A stretch of 60,937 nt of DNA, the filler included, from Sphacelaria rigidula (Eukaryota): NCBI GenBank assembly GCA_964200075.2. It is 7 parts of 7 records of this genome, joined end to end, with 100 filler letters (N's around TTAATTAATTAA, not from the genome) between each part and the next. Parts side by side here need not be neighbours in the genome. Positions count along the whole stretch, not along the records: positions 34,881 to 43,499 come from CAXNAA020010585.1; positions 43,600 to 52,218 come from CAXNAA020010586.1; 5 more parts are not named here. One strand, 5' to 3'. Below are positions 37,858 to 50,498 of the stretch, one piece after another. Under the pieces are notes generated by a model. It ran no database searches. It saw nothing but the letters and a program-made list of their open reading frames with translations, and was not told the DNA's origin. A program made the position numbers and the translations under genes. How positions within the stretch are numbered: position 1 is the first letter of the stretch; every line of letters begins with the position of its first letter.

Positions 37858-38575
37858 CGTTGTCGTCGACATTGTCGCGGTTGTTGTTACGTTGGCTACG
37901 GCGTTCTGAATCGTCATGTTGATCGGTGCGATAAAGATCGCACCATTTTACAGGTATGTGCCCATTACTGCACTATCGTTTGAAGTGACACTCGCGCATA
38001 CGATGGCCTCGTTTTCCACAGGAGTAGCATTTTTCGCGAAATTTCGCGGGCTGATTTGAGGAGTTCGAGATTGCTGCCGCCAGCATTGAAGAATCACGGC
38101 CATGTGATCTGCTCGCAGTTACTTTCCTCGCCAATCTATTGGCATACATGTTGCATAGGGTACTTTCGATTTCCCCGATGCTGGAGTCTGGATCTCGTTC
38201 TGCGCTAAATTTTATTTGGTCATACTCGCTGGTGAGACCCTCGACTACGATATCAGCAAGTCTTTCGTCGGAGATGGGCTCGCCAATGTGCATGAGCTCG
38301 TCTCGGTGGTGGAATAGTTTTGCTAGAACAACGTCCGGGTCTTGTCCTGGTGACATGGTCATGGTGTCCAGCTGTCGCATCAGTAAGCGGCGTCATTGTT
38401 TAGATTAATTTTGGTACTTGGCTACCAGACCTTCCACCGCACTTTTGCCGTTCGGTTTCTCTGAAGCCTTCGGCTGAAAACGCAAGAAGTAACTTGACGC
38501 CGAACCAGTTGTCGATGAGTACAAAACGTTGAACAACTGTTCGTGATACCGATCCCAGTTTTGTATCACACGCAA
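36761..38575 (-). pseudogene. Decayed Ty1/Copia retrotransposon gag-protease
   Basis: One reading frame with three internal stops: gag-like segment (LAKLFHHRDELMHIGEPISDERL..IVVEGLTSEYDQI), CCHC zinc knuckle CYSCGKRGHRMREC, aspartic-protease motif AVDSGSRRHF and VPGLGRYLFS. No integrase, RT or LTR recognised. Confidence 0.85.
37772..37857. repeat. (GTT)n microsatellite inside the Copia gag-protease frame
   Basis: Read directly; encodes poly-Asn on the minus strand. Confidence 0.95.
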
Positions 38576-38975
38576 GTGTCCGATCGGATCGCCGAAATAC
38601 CCTGAAATTGGATTTTTGTTGAGGATGAGAACCAAAAACACCATCCTCAACATAGATGATTGGCTGTTTCAACCCCGCTACTGGTGACGCGGCAGCCTTG
38701 CCAGCTTAGATTAACCGCAAAGTTGCACACAAGATATTATCCTGTAGCTTACGTGGCCTACACTCTGCTAGAGTATCTTTCATTGATAAATCATGGCAAC
38801 ACGCCTACTCCAGCAATATGCTACTTGAAGCATCATTCAAACAGGTAAGCTATAAATTAACACAAAAGAGGTACTCTCCGTGAAAAGGATACTAATGAAA
38901 CGGTCTTACATGGTTCGTTGTTTCGTTGAACCGAAACACATTGTACCGCCACCTTTTGTTGCAACGGCTTCATTC

Positions 38976-39885
38976 AAGGCTTTTGCTTCTTATGCGCATT
39001 TTGTGTTTTTATGCGCGTTTTTTTTTCTCATGCTCAAAAGTGAACATTATGCGCCAGTGTATGCGTATTTTGGTAAAGTATGCGCGACTTATGCGCCTTT
39101 TGCGCGTCGTTCTTGAGATGGTTCCTGGCGGGTTCCTGGCGGCACCGCCCATGGAACGTACCTTCCAGCAAGAAAACAAGACTGCACGTTGAACATTTCG
39201 AGATTTCACGATTACTTGGAACGAAGGCTCGCTCGTTTTTTTCTGTGTTCATTGGTTTTGAAGGCCAAAACGAAAATAATAATAAAACAATAATAGGTGA
39301 AAAAAAAGTAAGAAAAATAATAAAAAATAATCAAGAAAAGTTCTGCGCTTTTTCCCTCGCCCTCCGGAGTCCGCACCTCGGTCACCTCGACCTCTTTCTG
39401 CTCTGACAGAGTAGTATAGTGCTCACTGCTGTACTGTCGGTGCACTGTGTTCTGTGCGCTGTAAACGGTACAGTTGTGGATTGGACTGTTTGACGTGTGA
39501 CGTCGTGGCGGGAGCCGCTGTTTGATGCGAAAAGTGGCACATTTGTTTCTCATCGTTTCACATGAAGATCGGGTAGGTCACATACAGAACCAAAACCGGT
39601 ATCAGACCCGCAACAAAGTTCAAGAAAAGAAATTACGAACATAAACGCCATGACTCCATGAACCACGCCACATGGAGCACCCGTCGGCAGGTACTAGCTG
39701 CTGAACATGGGATGGATAATCCCGTTGGAGTACTATATGCGCCAAGTTATGCGTAAGACTTAGCTTCTATGCCTCATTTATGCTGAAATCTCCAAAAACA
39801 TATGTTTTTCAAAAAAACGCATATGCTTATGCGCAAAACCCCGCTTGAAGCAAAATTATATGCGCGCATAACAAGCAAAAGCCTA
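38976..39885. mobile_element. Non-autonomous hAT-type element, 910 bp
   Basis: TIR (A/T)AGGCTTTTGCTT.TTATGCGC; exact 8-bp TSD CTTCATTC; many subterminal TATGCG motifs. Confidence 0.85.
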
Positions 39886-40422
39886 CTTCATTCAAAGACA
39901 ATGAATATAGACTGTATCGTCTAGATTTTTGCAACATGAACCCCCCCGATAAGGGGTGTCATTATGTCATCATGCAGTGCTTGTCTTGATACGCCTGGTA
40001 TGCTCGTACATATGGCTATCCCTCGAGAGGTCGCTAGATGGAACCTTACGATTCTTAGTTCTTTGGTGGATGGTCTTTGGGGCCTTGCGTTTCGCCCGTA
40101 GTCGGACCCTATGTTGATTTCTACTTGGCCTCGCGCGTCGAGTTGGAAAGCCGGGCGCCATCCCTTGCAGTCTGAATGGCCACCTGGGGCACCGGATCTT
40201 CTGAGGTTAGCCGTATGTATGTTCTTTCTTCGTTATTATGCATCTCTGTTCTGCTTGTATCGCATTTCGTGAGTTTTAATCTAGGCCTGTTTTGTTTTAT
40301 TGGTTTTGCTTGATTTCCTCATACCGTATTATAGGTGCCTAGCCTGTGACCACGGAAGGCGTCCGCATCGCATGCTCAGTATAAGTGTACCGTGCAGATA
40401 TCGGAACGGTTTAATAATGTGA

Positions 40423-40442
40423 AGACGACGACGACGACGACG

Positions 40443-40490
<48 letters not shown>
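40423..40490. repeat. (ACG)n(ACA)n compound microsatellite, probable retroelement tail
   Basis: Read directly; GTGACCACGG core lies upstream at 40346. Confidence 0.85.
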
Positions 40491-41464
40491 CACGTAGACA
40501 AACAGCACCCTGTGGGGCACGTCTACAGGGTTCAGGGAAACTGTGCAGTGTTTCTCGCGGGGATTTGACCGTAGGGTATTATTTTGTGCCCCACAGGGCG
40601 CGTCACAGGGTTTCGTCAGTCCGTGTAGTGTTCATTGCTGTCAATATGCTGTACAGCCTTTATACCGCGCATACAATATACTCTATACAGCATGGGCATG
40701 GTACTGGCAGAAAAAACGGTCGAGAAAGTGTAGTAGAAGGAACTAAACTCACGATTTCGTGTTCGGGAGCGCGACCGGTTGCACGTTGAACTACCTGATT
40801 TGTTGATGCAAAGGTCAATATTTTGTGCTTCTAATAACTATCGAGCAAAAATCTCTCTAAACAAGAGCATGATCGAAGGTCTGTGTCAACATTGAAATCC
40901 CGCGGATTGTTTTTACAGGCACAAGTACAATGGAAATCTGGAATTTGGACAGCCTCTGCTGTTCGAAATAAATCCTGATTCCGAATTTGGAAGAGCAGAA
41001 GCTGTACAAATTCCATGTACACTATAGGAGATGTAATTTGTACACCGGAAGCTGTTCGAAATAAATCCCCATCTTGCCCGCCAATACCCTAAATTGGGTA
41101 AAGGTAGAACTTGTTTGCGAACAGCTTCTGCTGTTCAAGCCCCACATACTGCACGCAAGCTTTAGTTGCAGCTGACGTGATGTTGACAATCCGGACTATA
41201 TCTCGCTTATGAGGGGCCTACAGTCGACGCCAGTGTAATAAGGGTACGTATGGATAGACTCCACACACCTTCCTTGTATGATCAATGTGCTGCAAGCTAT
41301 GCACAAGGTACAATGATGTGTCCTAGAGATATGTGTTTCCACTCACAGGTTCACGTGACTGATGGTCAACAGTAGCAAACAAACAAAAGGACCTCGAAGG
41401 CTTGATATCTTGTAATTCTCGCTTATTATTCTTTTGCTCGCCTAGCGTACTGTTCTCACCAAAG

Positions 41465-41652
41465 GTAAGCAGTAGAGACAGATGGTCCAGCTCGGAGGGC
41501 AGCTCAAAGAGTGACCGAGGATGCATGCGACGCAATCTATCTAACCGAGGCCCGAGCAGGCGTTCCTTCTCCTCGGGGCTAGGATACACAAGTCTGTACG
41601 CCCACCTTCCCCAGAAAGATGGGAGTATTCCCATGGACAGATCGGATGATCT
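41465..41652 (+). CDS. Candidate Ser/Arg-rich exon (SSRDRWSSSEGSSKSDRG...PMDRSDD), product unknown
   Basis: Pyrimidine tract upstream and GTAAG donor at 41653; acceptor ambiguous. Confidence 0.3.
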
Positions 41653-42148
41653 GTAAGCCAACCTGCCCTGAAACTGTCTGAACGGGACAAATAACGCCTC
41701 TCTACCTTCCTTCCTCATGACAATATGCCTGATGAAAAACCCGTAGTCCCGTGTCTACCAAACCAAAACAATACACAAAATAATTTTTAGATTGATGAAC
41801 ACGCGAAACATCTCATCGCAGTTGATACTGTGCTTTGATGGGGATATATATTCACAACAATGAACTGTACTGGACTGTACAATACCATGTGGGACAGTGC
41901 GCTATACCGTGCTCAAACGTGCGGTGCCATGTACTGCAAAATTAGCGCGGCATATGTGCGACGTATGGCTGGCTATACAATGTAGATGCCTGCGGCTTAT
42001 TTCGATATATGGGGGTGTTATATACCGTCAGAAATTCCAGTTACACGCGCGTCCTTACAGCATGCGCACAGCTGCTGCAGCACAGTGAGTAGGGCGTGAA
42101 AGGGAAGGGGGAAAGTACAGTACAGACAGCGCAGGACAATGTATATAT

Positions 42149-42592
42149 AACACGGGATCTTACAAATTGGGGATGGATCATTTATTGGGGATGAGAAACC
42201 CGGAGAATTAGAATCTTCGTATCCCCACCAAATCTTCGGAATACGGTACCATTTCTTCACCTACTGATAGCTATTGACAACCGCTACACGCCATACAAAT
42301 TTGGATTTTAAACACCGAAATGTTGAGGTCCTAGGTGAAAAAACAATTTCGGGACCATTTTGGCGTCCGTTCGGACACCCGGAATTCCCCAAAAGTGGTT
42401 TTTCACCTAGGACCCCAATATTTCGATGATCGAGATCCAAATTTGTTTGGCGTGTAGCGGTTGTCAATAGCTATCAGTAGGTGGAGAAATGAAACCGTAT
42501 TTAGAAGACTTGTTGCGGATACGAAGATTTCAATTCTCCGGGTTTCTCATCCCCAATAAAAGATCCATCCCCAATTTGTATGATCCCGTGTT
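42149..42592. mobile_element. Foldback MITE family A, copy 3 (444 bp)
   Basis: Same sequence family; ATAT duplicated on both sides. Confidence 0.92.
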
Positions 42593-43499
42593 ATATATTT
42601 TCTCTACCTACAGTGCGACGTGAAAAGGACTTGAACAACGTGCAGCATTGTACGGCCCGCACTGTTGCTGTCCATGGTGAGTGTGTATGCAATAGGCGGC
42701 CGGTTGTTCCCCATGCACCCTACATCCCAGGCGTGTCGTCGCCGCGCGATGTCGCGACCATGAAAGAAGATGCTCAAGTTTCCACCAACAAGAAATACAT
42801 CATACCCACCCCAGGCAGTGTGTATCTGTATCCCTGTGCCCAACTCGTGATCTTTGCTGCAGGGTTGTGGTGGTAGCTGGGGGAATAATAACTGTTGTGA
42901 GGTTCTTTGCATTGTTCGATCTGTGAACAGCCGGTTTTGTATAGATCTTCGGGTGATGATCTATATACCATATAAAACTGCTGGGGTCCCAAAGGTGCGA
43001 TTGATTAAGTGACTTTTTCTAAACATGGTTTGTTGGTAGACACTGGACCACGGGTTTTTTATGAACTATGTGCATTCATATGCGAGGTGTACACCGTGTT
43101 ACTAGCATCTTTATCATGCCTGGTTTGCTTGGAGCACAGGCTTTTGGACATACACACGTAACCAGTGTATGGGATCTCTATTTAGCAAAAGCTGTTGAGA
43201 GTTATTCATCCATTAGTCCATCTATACATGGGCTGGGGGGCGAAAGGATGAACTTCGTTCAGCAATTTTTTCTGCGTGTCGGATCCCATACGTTGATGAC
43301 GGTGCAGTATGCGGGATATGCCCAGCTGACGCTGTTCGCAATACATCCCTTTTTACCCAATTTCCGGGTGAATTGGACGGCAAAGTGAAGATTTATTTCG
43401 ATTCCACATCTGACACTTTCTACGATACCCCCCCCCCCCCCCCCAAAACCACTTAAAAAATAAAAAAAAAAAATGGCATACAAAGTTTTTAATTTTGGT

Positions 43500-43599
43500 N
43501 NNNNNNNNNNNNNNNNNNNNNNNNNNNNNNNNNNNNNNNNNNNTTAATTAATTAANNNNNNNNNNNNNNNNNNNNNNNNNNNNNNNNNNNNNNNNNNNN
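43500..43599. other. Artificial contig linker
   Basis: Same 100-bp linker; contig 5 is 34881-43499. Confidence 0.97.
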
Positions 43600-43670
43600 C
43601 TCCGGGAATTGAACCCACTACCTAGCCGTCAGAAGGTTTCGAGGTTACCAACTGAGCCACCGGGGCGACC
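43600..43670 (-). mobile_element. tRNA-like head of the same SINE family, cut by the contig start
   Basis: GGTCGCCCCGGTGGCTCAGTTGGTAACCTCGAAACC...GGTTCAATTCCCGGA. Confidence 0.75.
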
Positions 43671-44589
43671 GTGGAAAATATAACGATATTGTCTCATGGA
43701 TAGCGGCCTGGGATGAGTTTCTTCATTTTCTGGTGTCGCCTCTTCCAGGTGCGACTACGGATTACACTGCTCCGACGCTGTCGACCTACAGTACCGGGGC
43801 CTTAAAAGGGTGCGGTGGTGTGTGTCAAGGTTGGTGATGTGCTGCGTATCGGAAGTTTCGGTGCGCCCCGAGGAAAATATAAATACGTGTAGGGGAAGTA
43901 CGTTATAGAGCTGTACCTTATGTACGACCAGGTGCTGTTCCACGGGAAATCCCCAAGAGATAACAGTTGGCTACCCAGTGAAAAATGCAGGTAGGACATG
44001 TGCGCGTGTGCGCAGTTCGAAATCACACCGTCGAAACCCCGCTGCTACAGGTAGCAATATACACCTGGAGAGGGTCCCCAGTAGCTGAAACGTCCCGGTC
44101 GTTTGGGACATTTAGTACAAGAGTGTCAGACACTTCCGTAGTGATCCATAGAGCAGGTCAGCTCGTTTTGCCGTCTGTACGGCACGATAGCTGGGCCCGT
44201 TACATGCGGATTAAACGTGCGCGCAGATCATCAGTCCACAATACGACAACGTGCGATTCATACTGCATGACAAGCTTAGTGTCCGAGAAGTACGTGGTAT
44301 TATTTTTCGCCCGAAGTATGGATGTATACTTTTCTTTCGCTTTAATTTTTTTCTCCTGTTTGAACATAGAAGTCGACCACAACAACTGACGGACTCGCAA
44401 TTGGCGGTTGGGACTCATGAGCGAGCAGGGGAAAACCAAGGCCGAATTCTGCATCATGCAAAATTCCCTTCACGCCATTTGTTTCTAGGCTGTGTTTTGT
44501 GTTTCGCCCACCATGCTCTCATTGATGTGGGTCCATATCAGCGCAGACGCATTGCTAACAGCACCACGACTCAGGATATTTGGATCAGC

Positions 44590-45300
44590 CTTGGGTATCG
44601 GGGAAACCCTCGAGGAAAATATGATGCCCGGCATCTGTTGTACGCAACTCACTGCATCGATACCATGAACGGGATATCGTATCGCGAGAGATTGCACGAT
44701 ATCGGATACGATATCGGGATATTTTTGGCCGAACGTCCTGGTATTCACACATAAAAAGTACTCATGTCGTATCTTGTACCCCGCGATTAATCGTGCAATG
44801 CGTGATACATCCGGCGATATATTATGCGTATCCCGCGATACATAGATCTTGCAAAATCACGCATTGCACGATTGATCGTGGGATACACACGATACGCCTC
44901 GGGATGCGAGATACGAATAGTCATGAGAAACCGCGCAATTTTAGGCGTTACAGATACGATATGCCCCGGATACATCATGGTAGATATATCAATATTAGGG
45001 GTACGATACCCATCACTACTTTGGATCGACAGCTTACTCTTCCGGCACAACCATGTTTCTTTCTCGTTGTAAGCATTTCGTCCACTAGGATATCCTGTAG
45101 GAGTGTGTCCCACGAATACGGAGGGCGCCGACATAGTGCCGGAATTCCGAGTCACACCATGGAAGTCTAGCACATAGACATTCTCGGAACAGTAAACCCT
45201 TCTTTTCCAAGCGTGATTTTGCTCGAGTGCATCGTCGGAAGCCGGCGTTTGGGTTCCCGGCGTTACGAGATCGTTCACTAGGTATCGCGGGAGAACCATC
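44590..45300. repeat. GATAC/GTATC/GATATC-rich degenerate repeat region, probably transposon subterminal DNA
   Basis: Dense short palindromic motifs; no termini identified. Confidence 0.4.
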
Positions 45301-46384
45301 AATTCGCCGAAGCCGCCCCCATTTTCCCGGGTTTCGGACATCGGGTAGGGGAGTTGGTTACCCTTTGCAGTGGGAAAAGCAAACGCGCACTGTCGGCCAC
45401 GACACGGTCACGCTGATGGTACCCCCGTTCGGCTCATAGGTCTGGAAAATAACGTGATACTCTTGCGATCATGACGATTACGAGGCCTGGAGCAGCCTCA
45501 CAGTCGGGTATTGCGCCCGAAATACTGATGGGAGGGGTTTGTATATGTTGGTGCTCAACCAACCGCATCGGCAGAAGGTGGGCCGGGCCAAGCAGAGGAC
45601 GAGGAAACCCTAGCAGGTCGTTTTAAACAAGCGTGCCCAGACAGCGGGTGTCGCTGCGTTAGCTACCTACGGAGGGTCATGGGCGCTTCAGGTCTTCAGC
45701 GGGAAACTGTCTTGATTTGAGACTGGGAACAAATGCAAAAAAAAAACTCCCACAGACTACATATAACAGTGCTGAACTCAAATGCGAAAATCCCTGGCGT
45801 TCTCCGTCCCCAGTTTTGGGCACAGCCCCGCTAATCGACACAACGCTCTCGCGAAGAAATCGCCAACAAGCAACGAGACTGAAGGTCATGCGGGTCGCCA
45901 GCACATCACGATTGGCTTGATGCTCTCACGGACCCTACCCAGCCGTTTTTGGCAGCGTAGGCGAGGACGGCTATCTACTATTATCAGCTGATGTACACAA
46001 GTCGCCGTCAACCATAGTGCGGTCAGTGCCGAACACGTGATGCTCGCAACACAGACTCGGCCGGTACATATCGCGCAGATAGGTTCACGGTTGGTTCAGG
46101 GTTGCGTTTGATGGACAGTAACCCCTCCGCGAGACGCGATGCTGATGCCCCGATATCGTGGTGGTGAGGCCGGGGGGACGCCTGTTGGTGGCGACTTCAC
46201 ATACAGAGATACGTCGATGGGACGCCTACTGTTTTGTTTAGTGTGCTGTATGTCTGGCCTTTGTTGTTTGTTTGTTTGTTTGTTTGTTTGTTTGTTTCTC
46301 ATTCTTTCTTTTCTCTCCCCGTTGAACTCGGAGGAGGTTCTTCTCACCGGGTTTCGTGGCGTCTCTCTCCTTATTTTTACTTTT

Positions 46385-46563
46385 GGTGATATGTTTTGTA
46401 AGGAATGACAGGGACCGTATTGGAAAGGCGAGTTTACGTCTGTGACCACGGGTTCGCGAGATCGGACTATTGTGCGGAAATAATAACAATAACAATAATA
46501 ACAACAATATTAATAAGAATAAGAATAAGAATAAGAATAAGAATAAGGATAAGAATAATAATA
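46385..46563 (+). mobile_element. Non-LTR retroelement 3' end with AAT/AAGAAT tail
   Basis: GGAAAGGCGAG..TACGTCTGTGACCACGG followed by a microsatellite; homologous reverse copy at about 20530-20635. Confidence 0.6.
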
Positions 46564-46659
46564 GTGCCCTCGAAATGATGCACCACTGACTGCACGCTAC
46601 CGTTTGAGTGCGCAGTTTACTTTTGACGGGGCACTTCCTTCATCGTCGGCAGTACGTCT

Positions 46660-46742
46660 ATAGTGTGGCCACGGCTGGATCCCATGTGTGGATCAGTTAG
46701 TATGCGACAATCAACCAACCAACCAACCAATCAATCGATCAA
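46660..46742 (+). mobile_element. Non-LTR retroelement 3' end with CAAC/CAAT tail
   Basis: CCACGGCTGGAT...TCAG core followed by a tail; reverse copies at about 27372-27632 and 56013-56082. Confidence 0.6.
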
Positions 46743-48031
46743 ACGTCACTCACCACCATCAGCTAGTCAGAGAACGCCAGTCATAGCCACCTGTGGGCTC
46801 ACGGCTCTCGGAAGGGTTTAGCAAAAAATGACGTAAGAGCTGGGACAACCTACAGACGGATTTATACTCTTACAGGCGCATCCCATTCGACACAGACATA
46901 TTGGGCCATGATCCACATTATCTCACTAATCGTCTCATCAAGGGGAACACGGCCATCTGCTCAAAAGTCTGGGCCAGTTTGTTTTCGTTGATTAAGCGCG
47001 ATGTCGAGTAATTCTTATACCGTACGGAGATAGAGTCCGTACTAAGAGGTCTATTTGAAACTCCGAACGATGTTGACACCAGATGATGGCGAGTTTTGGT
47101 GTAAATATTCCCTGGAGTACGGGGAAACGATCGATACCCACACCTTCACTTAATTCGTTATCTATTTAGAGGTACGGCGCACGTAGTATTTTGTCACAAA
47201 CTCAATATATTACAAGCAGGGGCACTAAATGCACCAAATCTGGATTTCGAGTCTCAGTTTTTGAGAGTTGCGCTTTGAAATTTGGTACGGAGAATCGCTA
47301 GGACATGATGAAAAAATCCCCGTTAATTTCTTGATATTCTCTCTTCATTTTTTGTTTTGTTATCAAGGGCGTTCTAAGTAAAAATGAATATTGTCTTTGG
47401 CCCTAGTCTCAGTTTCTTAACCCAATTTGTAGGATTGTGAGTTGAAATTGAGTTTGGAGTATCGCGAGGGCATACTGAAAATAAACAAATGGTGGGCGTT
47501 TCTTGTGAGTCAAGGGCGTTCTCGTGAAAAAAAATCTGTCCTATTTGTTTTGGTTCGTTTTGCTCTAGCGACTTCCCACACAAAATTTCAAAGTACAAGT
47601 ACCAAAGCTGGGCCGGTATGTGGTCTGCAAAATACTGTTCAGACTTTCGACCGACCCGGGTTCTATATCGCCCGTTTTCACCTCAATTTTGAGAGTTGGA
47701 CATTCAATTTGGTTTGGAGAACAAATAGTGGGGCATAATAACAACCATCACGCCGGGACAAGAAAAAATGTTGTTTGTATGAGTTGAAGGCAATAATCAA
47801 CATCGATTTTTCAGTATGTATGTCCCGGCGGTGCTTTCCCTTTTTATTGCGCCCTAACCATTCTCCATATTTGTAAGTCCAACTCTCCAAATGGAGGTGA
47901 GAATGGGCCTGCAACCTGCAGATTGATGCGCTTCTAGGCTGGCCCAGCCTATACAACCGGCGGTAACAACACGCAGAGAGCGCTAACAAAGAAAACAACG
48001 TGACGAGTGCGATTTAACTGGACAATGGCAG

Positions 48032-48169
48032 GTCATACGCGAGCAAAGGGAACATGGGCGGCGCCTTCTACAGGAGGATATTTTGCGCCAGGCTGAGGCG
48101 GACGCGGCTACGCGCCTTCAAGCGGCGTGGAGAGGATGGGCATGGCGCCGTCGATTGGCCGAACGCAAG
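48032..48169 (+). CDS. IQ-motif (calmodulin-binding) protein exon VIREQREHGRRLLQEDILRQAEADAATRLQAAWRGWAWRRRLAERK
   Basis: AATRLQAAWRGWAWRR fits the IQ consensus [FILV]QxxxRGxxxR; CAG acceptor and GTAAGT donor; 138 bp, phase 0/0. Absent from the ORF track. Confidence 0.8.
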
Positions 48170-48426
48170 GTAAGTATCGTTAAGGCCCGACCCTGTATCT
48201 ACGTGGGCTTAGATTAGAGACTGTAGTAAGTCACGACTGAAAAACAGTACGACACTAGACACGAGGCTTGGACTCAACATGCGAGTCAACATTAAGATTC
48301 GGGGGAAATCCGTGGATGGGGAATGTGGTGGATCATGACGAATACAGCGCGGAAGACGAGGAGCTTGGACAGGGAAATCGAAACTATAATTCAAGCGCAC
48401 TGTGTCGTGAGAAGACCAATATACGC

Positions 48427-48798
48427 GGCCATTCGGCTACCCCCCCAAATACTCTGTTCCGGTCGACTTTTCGGGCCTTCAGAGGAATTAAACGCCTCCA
48501 GAGGGTGCGCGGCCCTCCAGAGGGGTGGGATCAAACGCCTCCAGAGGCTTGTTTTGCCCCTGGAGGGCCGCGCATCCCTCCGGAGGAATTTGGAGGATGC
48601 GCGGCCCTCCAGTGCGCCATCTTTTCTGTTACTCTGGAGGGATTCAGACCTCATAAGTTACTGGAGCATCAGATAGATGCCCTCCGGAGGATCTGTTTAT
48701 GACCGCACCTGGGGATGAAATACCCTCTAGAGGATATTTTCCCCTCGAGAGGATGAAAATCGCGATAGAGGATTTTTTAACGGGGTAGCCGAATGGCC
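48427..48798. mobile_element. MITE with 17-bp TIR and internal CCTCCAGAGG repeats
   Basis: GGCCATTCGGCTACCCC ... GGGGTAGCCGAATGGCC; no clear TSD; lies in the IQ-gene intron. Confidence 0.7.
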
Positions 48799-50405
48799 CC
48801 GTGTGCGCATTTTGGTACCCTTGCGATTGAATCAGCACTCCCGCACCGCTTCGGCCCTCGTGAAACAACTGTTTTTTTTTGCTACCTACCTCCTCATTTT
48901 CTGAGCGGCGGGAACCAGATACTTTTGACGGAAAAAAGGAAGGAGAAATGTGTGAAGATTGCAGTGGATCACTACTGATACAACCCTCAGTACGAGGGCT
49001 TGAAAAATAATAGAAAAATGGAGAAGAAACATAAAAAAAACGCCGATACTTCGATTGTGTAATACGTGAAAATCGTGTAGAAGCCGGATGAACAGTGAAG
49101 AGATTCAGAGAATGTTTTTCGCCTTCCAGATCAGAATGGGAGAACTTATTCAGAGTGGAAGTCTCCGAAAGTCCAGAGTGGACGCTAAACCATTCATAGC
49201 GGAAGCTGATGTGACGTGGCTTGACGTGGATGTTCCTTGTCGCAGTGATTGGCCGTTGGTTGCCCGGCCAAATGTGCGATCGACCAGCGTCCACTTCGAA
49301 AATGCACAGGTCAGCACAGCGCTGACCGTACCACAGTAGCGAGCCTGTGTTTGCGGCACAGTACCTTGCTGTAAACCACGTCTCACTGCACTCGCACTAC
49401 TTCACTGTACTACGGTGCACTACAGGGCACGTACAGGCAGTGCGGTGCAGGTAGTGCGATGCAGAATCCTACAGCACATTGTGGTACGATGAAGTACACA
49501 GATACTAGACTAGACTGTACACACAGTACGACGGCACTTCCAAAGAACAGACAAAGCCGCATTGTAATGAATTTCCAACGCACCACATATAGCGGTGGTG
49601 CAAGACGTCATGATCTCTAGCGGAATGGCAATGCAGCCAGGTACAGCACTGCTTGTGTGCTGTGGACTACGAATCGTTCACACCGTCTTCATTCAGCTGA
49701 CGTTGGGAAGGGTGAGGAGCTGTACTCAAGGCAACGCCTTGTACCCGTCGCGCATTTGAATTCCCAAGCAATACAAGCAAGCGAATGCTGATACCATGGC
49801 AGTGGCAGGGAGGGCCCTCTGATTGCGATGCCAAGCGTCACTGCTTCGTGACTGATTCTTGTGACAAGTATGACATTTGTGACCGATGTCCAACTTTGCT
49901 TGTTAAGGTACTGTGTGTGTATGGAATGTGACCGTGGTGGTGGGGGTGGGAGTGGTTCGTTTTCGTTCCACTGTGAAGTTCGGAGACGCACATCGGTTTT
50001 CAGAGTGGAGTGCTCCAAACCGGACTCTGACCCCCAAAAGGTGACTCTGAATTTTGTTTTATACTGTAGAGAAGCGTGTACCGTTACCGGATTTTCCTCC
50101 TTCCACTTTGACTCTGAAACGCAACAAACACATTTCTCGAGACTCTCTAATGACCATAGTTCCAGTAGTTTGGCGTTGCAGAGATCGCTTGTGCACCAAA
50201 TGGTGCTCCGAAAAGGTGGCGCGTACGTAACTGTTTCGTCTTGGAAAAAATAGGTGTGCGTTTACTTGTTTGGTACCCCTGTACAACGGTAGTACAAGCC
50301 ATACACTCGAGACATTGAAAACCCAACCCTAACCCTAACTCAACCCTTCCACATCCCTTAACGAAATACACCTGCCCTGACCCTGGTTTTCTCTCATACC
50401 CGTAG

Positions 50406-50498
50406 GCGGCAGGGATCAAGGTGACGCGCTTTTATCGGCGGCTTCACAATACGCGACTGGCGATGAAGGAGGAAAAGGCCAAATTGAATGGACCCGAG
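50406..50498 (+). CDS. IQ-motif protein, next exon AAGIKVTRFYRRLHNTRLAMKEEKAKLNGPE
   Basis: Pyrimidine tract with TAG acceptor and GTGTG donor; 93 bp, phase 0/0; degenerate IQ-like repeat. Confidence 0.6.

Noticed and set aside
33652-41652. Continuation of the kinase gene into the 41465 candidate exon
   Set aside because: The two lie on different contigs separated by an artificial linker, and the splice phases do not match.
43600-43670. Functional tRNA gene
   Set aside because: It has A and B boxes but no convincing anticodon arm, and homologous copies continue into a SINE body.
44787-45341. 184-aa and 167-aa ORFs around 44251-45341
   Set aside because: They overlap a GATAC-rich degenerate repeat and show no domain signal or splice structure.
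50318-50346. Telomeric repeat (CCCTAA)
   Set aside because: Only two or three degenerate units, internal to an intron.
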